From: Amoebophrya sp. A120
Taxonomy: Eukaryota > Protista > Dinoflagellata
DNA: 51,687 nt
Reading direction: 5' to 3'
NCBI GenBank assembly: GCA_905178155.1
Contig: CAJINV010000004.1
Span: 9,300,418-9,352,104 of the forward strand
Position 1 is the stretch's first letter, and each line of letters begins with the position of its first letter. The notes beneath the pieces are model-generated. The model saw only the letters and a list, made by a program, of their open reading frames with translations. It was not told the origin of the DNA and did no database searches. Position numbers and translations under genes: made by a program. Shown here one piece after another: positions 37,301-49,000 of this stretch.

Positions 37301-40300
37301 AAAGCGATCATCAAATCCTTGTCCTACCGCGTGATGCGGTCGAAATCCGGATACGACGACGCGTTTTTGTCCGACTTAGACGAGGAGGAGGAAGAGGAGG
37401 AGGACGAGGTGTTCGATGAGGATATGGCTGTGTGAATAAATCACGTTTCTTGCAATGTACGTCAATTTGCCATGCAAGGGTGCTGCCCAGAGAAACAGAT
37501 ACAGGTTCAGGTCAGGAGACTTTGTGTCTACTACTATGTATTGTGCATGACAACTTGATAATTGATAATTGTCCACGTGTAGTACTAGTTGGTGATTTGT
37601 TCACCCCCGATATCCGAAGAGCAGATGCGGTTAGCAGCAGAGGCGGAACAGAAGGCCAAGATATGGGGTTCTCAAACGTTACATTCCCAACTGTTACATG
37701 GATTTGTCATGCGAAAGCAGCATCATCATCCTCACGATCAAGCTGCTCCGCATGACAAATTTGCGAAAAGCCAAACCGCGCCTAAATCTGTGCCAAATCT
37801 GTCATGCAAAAGGCGCAATCTTCCCCCTTTCAGTTTTGCCATTCTTGCATCAGAATACTCATGTAACAGTTGAGAGTGTAACAGTTAAGAACGCCATGCA
37901 AGATGATCGAGAAGTATGGTGCGGACGTGGCGGAGAAATTGCTGAAGGCCCAGGAGATTGAAGTGGTGGAATTCCTGCCGCCGATCGACCCGCGGGAGGA
38001 AACGGATGTTTTCTACTCGAAGTTAACCGCCCACGCCCGGAAAATGGAGGAGGATATGACAGTGCACAACTCCCCCTCCCCCTCATTTGTCATGCAAAAT
38101 CTTAAATCCAGTCGCTCTCGCTGCCTTGTGGCACTGTTTGCATGACAAGTTCTGGCAGTGGCTGCCCAAATAGCACTACACTCCAGTGTCAATTTGTCAT
38201 GCAAAACCGGCATTCTTGCTGATGCTTGTGTTGCCGTTCATGCTATACAAATGAAGGGGAGGGGGAGTTGTGCAAGCTCATAGAGGACGGGGAAGTGTCC
38301 AAATCGAACTGGAAGTACCGGCTGTCCGCGAGTCAGATGATGTATCCTGTGCAAAAGTATCGTACTCGTACTAATTGCAAATATGCATGACAAATGTTTT
38401 TCCGAAGGGAAAACAGCATTACAACACCCTTCTGGCCAAAATTTGTGATGCAATTTATACTAGTACGATGCTTTAGCTTTTGCAATCCATATGATGCGGA
38501 AGAAGGCAAAACTGGTCTCCGCTTTAAACATATCAGATGCAAAAACGCCTGGGTCTGGAAGGATGCGAACTTGTGATGCATAGTACTTGGATCACACAAA
38601 AATCTGTCATGCTTAAACAGGAACGGGAGCTCCTTCTCCTGTCGCCGAAAGAAGGCGTGGAAACCGCCTCAAAACCTTTGATGCTAGGCCTTGCATGGCA
38701 CACCTTCCGTGTCAAGCACACACAGCATCACAAAACTCAGCAATCTTCCAGACCCAGTCATTTTCGCAATGCATAAAACAAAGCGATGTCTACGGACGAC
38801 GGGGAGGAGGCCTACGAAGACGAGGAGACTTATGGGAGTGTCAAGATTGAAATCGTCAAAGTTGAAATTATAGTTTCTCATGCATAAAACCGATACCAGT
38901 CGGAAGCCCACTTCTCAAGCGGCGCATGACAAATTTTCCGAGCACCGGAATCCAATTTGTCATGCTGTTTGGGCAAATAAGACTGCTTTTGTCATGCTAC
39001 TTTAGCAACTCTATTTCAAACCCTAAACAGTCTCACAGTCGGCCTCACTTGCCATCCCGGCAAGAGAGGCACTTCATGCCTTGCATTTTATGCATGACAA
39101 ACCATTTCAACTTTATCGATTTCAATCCTGACGCTTCCATAAGATCGCGGCCGCCAAAGACGCCCTGCTACCCGGAGATCTTGCCGGCAAAGAGTTGAAA
39201 GCGGAGGACAGGAAAGCGGCGAAGGAGCAGCAGAAAGCGGCGGGGGGTCGGGGTGGGCGGATGAAGGTGCCGAAGTTTGTCCGGGAGGGGTTCTTATCAA
39301 GTGCAAAAATGTCTGGGTCTGAGAGAATGCATGTTTGTCATGCTTGTCTGGCATGACACTTAAATCTGTCATGCACGCTACCCAAGAGCTCCATTTTTCT
39401 GTGATGCAGAAACGCAGTTTGTCATGCAGAATAGGCAACACCTACAAGCTCAGAAACTTGTCATGCTGAGCCAGCACTTGTGGCCTCATCATGAGACGCC
39501 ACCCAGCATCACAAGTTTCCAGACATCCAGGGATTTTTACATTTTATAGTTCTACCGTTTTTTGGCCAAGGAGATGGGCGTCGCGAGTTACCGGATTCCC
39601 CGGGACAACTCGGCGAAGATGGTGAAATTGATGTGGAACGTCTACGAGGAATCGTACGCTAGAACGTTGTGGTATCCACAGTAAATTTCCCGTACCGCCG
39701 TACACATGCGGTCTCTGCATGACAAAACTTGGCTTCGATCCTAGTCTAGCATGACAAGTTTTACGCTTCAAATTGGTGAAATTTGTGATGCATCTTGTAC
39801 ATGTGCGGGAAACTTGTATTGCATATGTGGCAGCAGGGCGTGGAAAAATTCGGACCGAAAATCATCGCGACCGCGGTTTCGAACCCGGCGGAGGCGGAGC
39901 ATTTCAAGAAGATCATGATGAAGTATGGGCTCGCGCAGGGGAAGAAACTGCGGGTCGCGATGAGCTCCGCGGGCGTGTTCCAAGACGTCGCGTCCCCGGC
40001 CGTGAAAGCGAAACAGGAGGAAGCTCTCAAAAACGCCACGGAGGACGATGACACGGAGCACAAGGGGGCGGATTTGTCCTTCCGGATGGATTTGCTCAAG
40101 GGCGCGCGGAAAGCGACAAATGAAATCGCCGAGGCGCAGGCGGTATGCACTGCAAAAGTATCGTATTCGTACTAATTGCAGTTATGCATTTACAAACGTA
40201 GGCTGTTAAGGTAAATCCGCATTACAAATTTATTTCGTAATGCTGAGCTCATTTGTATTGCAATTTATACTAGTACGATACTTTTGCAGTTCATAGGCGG

Positions 40301-40359
40301 AACAAACCGCGGCGGCCGAAGCGGCAGATGAGGCTGGGGACGGGGCGGAAGAGCAGTAG
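28309..40359 (+). CDS. Large uncharacterised protein, ~2190 aa (helical/TPR-like N-terminus, A/E-rich and S/T/Q-rich linkers), 17 introners plus 1 GT-AG intron (30159-31689)
   Basis: Every junction restores an open frame; 12051-5478=6573 nt = 2191 codons, ending GDGAEEQ* at TAG 40357-40359. Confidence 0.8.
28914..29065. mobile_element. Introner, family E (right end ATG)
   Basis: DR CACAA; joins LH-KLSMQ. Confidence 0.9.
30169..31492. mobile_element. Non-autonomous DNA transposon, PIF/Harbinger-like, inside a canonical intron
   Basis: ~45-bp TIR GAGGCTGTGCAA.AA.TGGACCCCCTTTCGAC..GTCGAAAGGGGGG; TTA TSD at 30166-30168 and 31493-31495; three internal GGGCGCGCGCAGCGCGCCC repeats; no transposase seen. 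Confidence 0.85.
32580..32884. mobile_element. Introner, family D variant
   Basis: TIR TATGAA.GCCTCAG..TGGAAATC.TCAAAGTGGAAAT; DR TCACG. Confidence 0.92.
32931..33252. mobile_element. Introner, family B (right end GTA)
   Basis: 322 bp like the 7717 copy; DR GTCGT. Confidence 0.9.
35335..35641. mobile_element. Introner, family D
   Basis: TAT..ATA, DR CGAAA. Confidence 0.92.
35702..35852. mobile_element. Introner, family E (right end ATC)
   Basis: DR ACTGT; joins RELL-SIFDN. Confidence 0.9.
36176..36312. mobile_element. Introner, family E
   Basis: TAT..ATA, DR GAGGA. Confidence 0.92.
36364..36619. mobile_element. Introner, family F
   Basis: TAT..ATA, DR ATGTA. Confidence 0.92.
36722..37034. 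mobile_element. Introner, family D
   Basis: TAT..ATA, DR CCGAC. Confidence 0.92.
37423..37612. mobile_element. Old introner, family I, diverged direct repeat
   Basis: TIR TAT.G...GTGAA(T/C)AAATCAC; flanks GAGGA/TCCGA; 195-nt removal keeps frame. Confidence 0.75.
37662..37898. mobile_element. Introner, family F (right end ATG)
   Basis: DR CAAGA; joins KAK-MIEKY. Confidence 0.9.
38055..38282. mobile_element. Introner, family G
   Basis: TIR TATGA...TGCACAACTCCCCCTCCCC.TCATTTGT; DR GAGGA. Confidence 0.92.
38343..38491. mobile_element. Introner, family E
   Basis: TAT..ATA, DR TGATG. Confidence 0.92.
38531..38775. mobile_element. Introner, family A variant
   Basis: TAT..ATA, DR AAACA. Confidence 0.9.
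38831..39141. mobile_element. Introner, family D (same orientation as 20737)
   Basis: TAT..ATA, DR AGACT/AGATC; 316-nt removal restores frame. Confidence 0.88.
39295..39548. mobile_element. Introner, family A (A2, reverse of 8728)
   Basis: TAT..ATA, DR GTTCT. Confidence 0.9.
39673..39825. mobile_element. Introner, family C (reverse of 8462/13067)
   Basis: TAT..ATA, DR TGTGG. Confidence 0.92.
40144..40295. mobile_element. Introner, family E
   Basis: TAT..ATA, DR GGCGG. Confidence 0.92.
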
Positions 40360-41624
40360 TTTAGTACTTCTGTGAAGGTGGGAGCAACAAGCAGACCATC
40401 AATTTTTCGGTAAAAAACCGCCTGACTGCAAATTTTAATGTGATCGAAGTCCGTCTAATGAAATGACAATGCTTTACGCACCATCAAGCCACGAGCGTGT
40501 CGTGCGCTGATGTTTTATCAATCTCATCCTACTAGTAGTGGCAGGATAACTTTTATGGACTTGCAAATAATGTCTTTCAGCAGGCTCTAATACAGGATAC
40601 AGTTGTTATTTCAATTTCATACAGTTTATATATAATCTTTGTTTCATATTCATCGACGTATTATACCATCGTGAATCAGATAGGACGCAGAAAGCTTTTG
40701 CCATCGTGATCGTTTTGTAGACTTCGACTATGCACACGTAAGTACAGCAAGATGTTGCGAACTCAGACCGACTGTTGATTGATCCTTACCGTATTTCCAA
40801 GAACAAGTTTCGAGATTCTGTTCCAGATTGCCAATTGTTTCAATTTACTTCGCATCTATGTTTCAGTCTATTATTTTTCTACTTTACACTTACAGGAGCA
40901 GCGTTTGTTTGAAAGTTTTACAACTAAATTTGTGTTGTGGGGTTAGCTCGTAGGAGAGTTTTGTTTCTAGTTCAAAAATTCAAGTTTGACACTTGTATCA
41001 GGCACTTTGAATTGTTGTACCATCGACTTGTGTTGTTTCAAATGTACACTAATCTCCAGTAATGAAGACCGAGCGACTGCAGGAGCAATGCGGCTATGAC
41101 AGTAGTTGACCACGAAATTTTCTGTATACCAATACTTCTGAAAACCAAAAACATAGATTGCTGCCACTTCTGCTTTTATGGAACTTATCGGAGGTGGTGC
41201 CCTGCTCTGGATGTTGATCTAACCGTGTTTTATTCTTCTCTTGGTAGCCGCAGCCGCAGCTAGCTGCAGGATGATCACGTTTTTTCGTTTCCGATCAAGG
41301 CAGATCCACATTGCACGCACGTACGGTCAACAAGATCATGTTGTGTGCGATCACAAGGGGGTTACCAGGTCATGTGCTTCAGCAGGAGTCTCAGCAGGCC
41401 GCGTGTGAGTAGCTTCCATTCCAGTACCGTGTCTGTGCCTTCAGACTATGATTGAACTTGCTCGGAGGGCATGAACACGATAAGCACAGGAGTTCTCGTC
41501 GGCGCTTTCAATTTACTTTACGAAACCATACTGGAACAAACTGTGTCGTGATAGACCCATATCAAGAGTTTTTGACATTTTCCTCCCACGATAACTACCT
41601 GCTCCTTCGGATAATTTATAAAAG

Positions 41625-44600
41625 ATGGGCAAAAGCAGTAGACATCACGACGATCTCTTGAGCGATCGTCCGTCCTCAGAGCGGACGAATCGCCCCAGGG
41701 GAGCTCGATCAATCGCTACAACAGCGGACATCATGGCTGGCGGTGGCGACGCCAAGAAGTCACCCAGCAAAAAAACGAAAAAGCAGTTGCGCTCGGTGTC
41801 GACGTCCAGAGAGTCTTCAGTGAAAACTATCTGCACCAACAGCGCGGAGGAAGGAGATGAACGACAGCGCCAGCGGGAATTGCGCGACAGAAAAAACACG
41901 AAGTGTAGTGAGGTAAGAAGTGTGTTTCTTGGTCGCGCTGGATGCAGTTGAAAAGAGTCTTCTTTTCGATTTCAAGATATTTTTTCTCATAAGAAGTGGT
42001 GCCTTGATGGTGGAGTGCAAGAGAATGTAATGGTCAAATTCGAATAGATAGATTTTCACTGGCTGCAAGAGAAGAATGACCTCGGACTCCTCGGGAAATA
42101 TGCAAAGCTATCCGCAAGAACGTCATTGTCTTTGTGATTCCTGACAGACGAAGCGGGTCGCGGCCACCTTTGATTCCAGCTCGCCATCACCAACGCGACA
42201 ACAAGATGGCGATGGGCTCCAGCAGCTACAAGATTTAGAAGACCGCGCCAGCCGCTACGGGCGTAGGAGCAACGCTGATGCTGCAAGCCGTAGAACTACT
42301 ACCCAAAGAACTACTACAGTTCGGGCCCCGGTGGACAGCAAGAAGGAACGAAATAAAACCCAGCGCAAGAACAAGTACGACCACGAATACCAATACGACA
42401 GCGTACTTGACGAAACGACTCGGAGCGCTACGATAAGCGGTTCTTCCCGTGAAAAGAAGAAAAAGAAAAAGAAGGACAAAAGAACCTGTTCCGAATGGAG
42501 GTCAAATTGTTCACGAAGTTCTCCTTCGGCTGACGAGAGAGGAGATGGACGAGCCTATCGACAACCTCCTTATCAGGAACGGTACGATCCTGGTGCTGAC
42601 GATCGCGGCTCAGGCGGACGCGGTAACAGCCAGCAGGGCTTGTTTCAGGAGCACTTGGATGCCAGGAGCAGCAGAAGCAGTCGTGCGACTTTCAATGAGA
42701 AAGACAAAAAGAGGAAGAAGCAGAAGCACGACAAGAAAACGCGGAAAAGGTAAATACTGAAATTTCATCATCCATCTTGTTCTAAGTAGGATTTTCTTTT
42801 CCCTGAAGCCGGCCTGCTAGGTACGACAACGACTTGTTGCTATTTCTACTTTATCTCGAAAGAATACGGTAAATCTAAATGTTATTTCGCGTCTTCTACT
42901 GTCCTACTTGCGATGAGAAGCTCAACACAACTCTTCAGTCTTCTTCTTTCATCACGACAGGCATTACGATTCCGGGAGTGATTCCAACTCCCTACCCGCA
43001 GGCGAGCGCGGCGTCCACCCAGCGAGGACGCATCAAAGCGAGGAGAGCGACGCCCAGTCCTCGAGGCGGGACAGTCATATCGATTTGAATTCCCTCTCGC
43101 ACGCGCTCCCGCCCGGTGCGCACCCACTAGGGGAATCCTACGGCACGGCGCTGAATGCGTCCGCGGTGACCGGATGGGACTACCGATCGGAAGTTCATCG
43201 TAAGAACCCGCCTGCTGCACCATCTAGGTGGGCGGGCAGTAGGAGGAGCAGTCCTGATTGGGGTGAAGACCGTGGTGAGAACAGGGGGGAGAGGAAGAGC
43301 AAAAAGAAAAAATCCTCGCGCCACAGTTCCCCTTCCTCGTTTGCCTCGAACAGGAGCAGCAAGCGCGACTACGACAAGAAAAGCAGAAAGACGCACCGGC
43401 AGCGCTGCAGCACCATTCGCGAATATGGGTCACAGGACGAGGGTGCTGACGATTATATGGAGGACCACTACGATCGCGAACCAGGACAACTCCGCCGCGG
43501 GAGCGGGAGACGGCGCAGCGACAGTGTTGCCCAGCCGCCCGCGCTGCCGACCTCCGGTCCGGTGGCAGCTTGGGAGAAGATACGGTTTCTAGCCCAGAAA
43601 CACGAAGTTACTGACGAAGTTTTTCGCGAACAGAGGGAGTTCACCCAGTTTTACGGCCTGGTCTACGAAATAGATGTGGTAAACAAGGACTGCGCGGAGG
43701 CGATGTATCGCTACTTCCTGGTGACGTGCAAACTTTGCAGCAAACAAGCCAGCCACACGTATGAATATCGAAGATGATTCTTTGCTTGGTTTTATCTCCG
43801 ACTGGTTAGTTTTTTTTGCAATGTTCTTCCTTGAGTAAGAAAGTAGAAGTACTCATGGAACTTTTTTCAAGCACCAGTTAATCTTACTTGCCTGTCGCAT
43901 GCAAAGCGCACTGATCTGATCGCAGGACGCATCTGGATAGCAAGGACCACAAGCGCCGGATGGAAAACTTTCTTGCGATGACGTACAGCGGCAGCTATAG
44001 TGCCTACGCTGCGAGCGAGCAGTATTGTCCCGAAGTACCGCGAGAGCCGTATGTGCATGACGGGCACCAATACAACAACCATCCGAGCAGCAGCACTAGA
44101 GCAGGAACCGCTCCAAGCGGAGTCACGCAATCTGAGCCACGCTACGGACGTCCCCGCTGGGCTGGACCAGCACCAGCAGCACCGGAGTTGTCCTCATCGA
44201 AAGACCCGGCACTAGCCGAAAGGAGAGCCGCGGAACAACGGTATAAAGAGGCATCTATTGGCGCAGCGAACGATGAATTCTACCGACAGAATCGGGACAG
44301 GGCAAGGTTAAAACGGCGGGAAGGTGAACAGGAGCGCGCGGGGAAAGTGGAAGATGTGGCAAAGGAGAATCAAAAGAACGCGCAAGAGATCTTCAATATT
44401 CTGGACACGGAAGAGACTGAAGGTCTTGATGAAGCACCAACATCTGCTGTGCCTCCATTGCGACGAGGCGAAAAGGCTGCACATCTTCAATCCCAACAGG
44501 TCGAGCAAAAGGAACTCGAACCAGGTTCCACCCGACGAGAACATCAAAATCAACTGACCGGTACTAGAGGGTCCACGGAGTCGGATTTTGTCGACGAGGA

Positions 44601-45345
44601 ATTGGAGAATGAGTTTGGAAACATGCGTGGCCACGTGAAGCAGATCCGGAAGATTCGAAAGCAGAAGCGGGAGAAGAAAGCCGAGCTCGCGGCTGCGAAG
44701 GAAACTGCAGCGGTTGCGCTCCGGGAGCTGGAGCGAGCGCAGGAGCGGATCAAGGAGCTGAGTGACGAGTTAGCGGACTTGGAAGCGGAGAAAAGGAAAC
44801 TGGGGTTCGGGACGCACGGGACCACACAAAGGATTCACGTCTGCGCAGAAAATTACGAGGTGGAAACCTCGGACGACGAGGTTGTCGCAAAAAGGAGAGA
44901 TGATGAAGACCATGCGAAGCAAAGCTCCAAAAAGAAGCCGGCTACAGCAGGTACTACGTCTGAGCGAAATTGGGAAAGGGATGACCACGCCACTCCGTCA
45001 GTTGTGCCGGCTGCCTCTACACGCGAAAAAGAAGGGAAAGAAGACCGCGCACCACACCAGGACACGCACAGCAGAAGAACCAGAAGAGATCATCGCGTTG
45101 ACGCTGTAGAGGAGAGGGAGACCACACGAAGAAGTGCCGAGCACAAAAATGAGGCTGCGAGTACGCATCGGGGGAAGGTTTCTGCACACCCAGACGACGA
45201 AGCCCGAAGCAGGAAATCAAAAAAGGAGAAGAAGAGCAGAAAACGGAGCACCTCGTCCTCTTTCCTCGAACGGTTCCAATTCGAGTCCGGAAGTCGTGTT
45301 AGGGAACCGCATGATGACAAGCTCAGTGAAAACGCTAAGCTGTAG
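41625..45345 (+). CDS. R/S/K-rich low-complexity protein with a matrin/U1-type C2H2-like zinc finger; 3 GT-AG introns (41913-42147, 42750-42960, 43759-43925)
   Basis: Intron phases match at all three junctions; splicing creates TCKLCSKQASHTTHLDSKDHKRR; 3' end may extend further. Confidence 0.65.
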
Positions 45346-46093
45346 TTCGCCAGTTGGCCACCGCAGTGAGTGTGAGGGGTGACTACAGCACGAGAAACTT
45401 CTGCCAGTTTTGAATGCTAGACCCGTTTTCTTTTAAACCCTTTACTGGGTAACATCATCATCATCATATTGACGCTAAAAATTCTACACGATGAAGCGAT
45501 CGCGATCCTCAGTTCTGAAGCCCGAACTCATTCTTCACAGAACAGTTTTGTAAAACTTATCTGCCAAATTTAGTTTGTATGCCCAGCAAAGCTATTATTA
45601 TTAAGGCGAGGACTTACAGAGAAAGAAATGCTCTGTCGTGTGGTGGTATCCCTAACCAACGTTCTAGAAGCTGTGACGAGAGCATCGACAGAGTCGCGAT
45701 TATTTTCGATATGAAGAGCTGCAAGACCATAAGATAGAGAGCTGGCGTCGCCGTTTAGCATGGCTTGAGAGATGTGTAGTCCGCAACATCGTGGTGGATT
45801 CGCTCGTCGTTGTTGTCTTCTTCGTCTCTTGTGAGATAGGTGTCGTTTTCTCGAGCAGTGAGAATCAATACGCTTATTGTCCGGAAGGACGGAAAAACGT
45901 GAATAGCGTCCTCGTTGCAGTAACAGAAGTACGTACGCCAGCCCCAGCACGTGCGAAATAGCATGCAAAGCCAGACCCGATTAGAAGTTGCTTGCCGACT
46001 GCACCATCTGCTGCAAATCGCGCGAAGCGCCTCTGATCCGCCCACCACCGCGTCGCCACCAAGAACCTCCAGTGTGGTCCGACAAGAAAAGTC

Positions 46094-49000
46094 ATGCCGT
46101 TCTCTTCCGGCGGCAGCGAGTCGTCGACAAGTCGGCGCCACCTTGCGGTCACGAAAGAGAAATTAGCCTCGCAACGAGAGCAGAGGAGAGTGGGAACAAC
46201 TGCACAGGAAAAACATAGACGACAGCAGCAACAAAGTCTAGCAAAGGACGACGGCACGTTCACGCTTTCCTCTCCGGAGGAAAAAAGTTCTTCTACCACG
46301 TTGTGCCACGAAGCTGCAAATAACGGAAAAATCGCCACTGGTTCGCCTTCGAGCTCGGTGGGTTTTCAAGCGGAGCTGCTCGATGTCTTGTGTCCGGAGG
46401 ACACGGGAGGTGGCGCAACCCGGCCCCAGGCGACCGGCCCCATTGCGTACAATCAGGACCAGTTTCTGCCGAAGAGGAGCGGGGTAGCTGGAGCACGGAC
46501 AACTAGACTGCGGTCTCCTGCCGCGGGGACGAAGCGAGCTAGTGCGTGTGCGACCGGAGAAAAAAGCAGAGACGAGGACGATGGTGCGGGAACACCGGCA
46601 GAACAACTCGCTCCGCCCCCTCTCCAGGACAGAAACCCGGGTATTCCCGACATCACCCGGCGACCGATGCCGCGGTTCACGCTCGCGGCAGACAGGTCCA
46701 GGAGCCGAAGGAGTACTGGAACAAGGGTAGGACAACAACAACTCAGCGCCAAAGACGACCACTCCATCGTTAGCAACGCAAGTTCCATCAGACTACGCCG
46801 CGGAGGAACCAGTAGAGACAGAGCCCGAGCTCTTTCAGCGAACAACAAACTTAGTGCGGATGAAGTTTGGAAACTCGGCGTCGATGCAAACGGGAGGGCA
46901 ACGAGGCCAGTACAACCGAAGGAGCCACCGAAGCCGAAGTACGAGATCCACTACGACGGTGTGTACCTGTTCTACAAAGAGCAGGAGATCATCGCGAACA
47001 AGGATCAGTCGCAGGAAAAAGAAAACGAAGGTAGCGCGCCAGCGTCCCCGGTCGTAGTGCCCGTCGTCGCGGAAAGCCCAGAACAGCAAGAACCTCTCCT
47101 CAACGGCGAGGCTGCGATGTCAAGGCAGAAGCAGAAAGACGAGAAGATCAAGGAACTCTCGGCCGCATTACCGCTAGATGACAGGGAAAAGCTGAAAAAG
47201 CTCCGCATGAAGCAGCTCCACGAGCGGTTGGCGCAACACCGGGAACGGCACGAAAGCGCGGAGAAGAGGCAGATGCAGACGCAGTCCTTGGACAAAATGG
47301 AGCAGATCGTATTGAAGAAGGTGACAGAGGTAACCGCGCGGGAGCAGCCGGGGGGCGGGGCGGAGAGTGTGAATGATGACGTTCGTGTTTTGACGAGTCC
47401 GAAAGGCAACATCAAAGGTGGACAACAAGGAGGTGTCCCAGCAGCTGCGAAAAGAGCTGCTGCCGCAGAGGGCTCTCAAACCGATAACTCATCGCCGCAT
47501 CCTCTTCACGTGAAAGACCTGGTAGAAGATTTCGAGCAGCGCGCCTCCGCGGCGAAAGAAGATCAGGAGGCGCACGAGAAACTGCACCGCCAGCTCGTGG
47601 AGCAGCTGCGAACGCTGGCAAGATTTACGGCTTTGAAGGAGGAAAAGCACACGGCGTCGGACCGGAAGTCACTCAATGACATCGCGAATCACGTCGAAGT
47701 AGCGCATGCGAATCACATGAGGCAAAGGAAAAGTAAATCCGAGCAGCACGACCAGGATCGGGATCACGACAGTAACTTGAGCGAACTGTTTGTCAACAAG
47801 GTGGAGTATTCCGGGCAGCCGTTTGCGGTCATGAAAGGGAAGTTGGATGCGCACTCGGAGAAGGTACTCCTAAAAATTAATTGTACTAGAGCATATATTT
47901 TTGTCATCGTCATCACGTTCTTGCACCAGAAGCCGTGCGTGTCTCTCAGCATTTTTCCGCAAGGAAAATTCCAATCTCGAAATTCTATCAGGTCCAAACC
48001 CTCACCCGGAAATCGCAAACTCTCGTCGAGCGTCGCAGCGAGGCAGACCGAGCGGCGGTGGCGCTGCACCAGGCTGGGCAGTTAGCTTACAGCATCCACG
48101 AGCTGCCCAGACGGGGGCGGGAGAAGGTGCTGAAGCAGTTTGACATCGCGACGAAGAGCCACGACCTTGCGCAGCAGCAGGAGAAACAAGCGGAGGGTGA
48201 AGCCGAGAAGGCGAGGGCGGATTTGCGGAGTTTTGTCGTGAACGAGATCGTGCTAACGACGAAGAAGGAATCGAATGCGATGGATTCGAAATTAGACTCA
48301 ACTTTGAGGAGCAGGGCGCGCGGATCGGCGATGCAGAGGAAGTCGAGGCGGGGTTCTATTTTACGCGAACAGACGAGTGGCAGCAGCCGGAGTCCGGATA
48401 GTCATAGTGCAGCTTCTCAGGGCCGCCCATCACCGGAAATTGTTTCTGGAAGTAGAGACTACACGGGCGAAGGAGGTTCTCGTTCGTCGCAGAAGGAAGA
48501 ATTGAGGGGACAGGAAAAGGCAGAAAAGATGAAGAAACTTCTCGCAGCGCTACCAGCAGAAGACCGGGATACTCTGGAGAGAAGAGCGTCTATTGTTGCA
48601 GCTCCAGCGACAGGACAACATGCCGTAAATGACGTAAGAGCAGAAACCGATCATCTTGACATGGAGTCTGCCGCCGCAGAGCTGGGCCTCGGACTGAAAC
48701 AAGAAGCTCCGTCCGCCCGCTCTAGAGCAGGTAAAAGAAGAAAGCGGGTGGACCGAGCCGTCGATCCAGAAACTGAATCCTCCTCCGGTAGTGCATCAAA
48801 CGACAGGGAAAAAGATCCCAGCACAGCTTTACTAGCCGACAAGCGTGAGCCCCACCGGACGTACAAGAGAAAGATGAACTCTCTGATTCGCAGCCCGTAT
48901 GTCCTGCCGGAGATACGAGGATCCGTGAACGTTTTCAGCAAGGACACTACAAGCAGTCCCTCTGCTTCGGTTTCGTCGCCCCAACAGCGTGAAGAAGAAG

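Noticed and set aside
7408-40295. Recurring 25-35 bp sequences separated by unique DNA, resembling a CRISPR array
   Set aside because: The repeats are inverted pairs with TSDs, spacing is irregular, the unique parts are exons, and no cas genes are seen.
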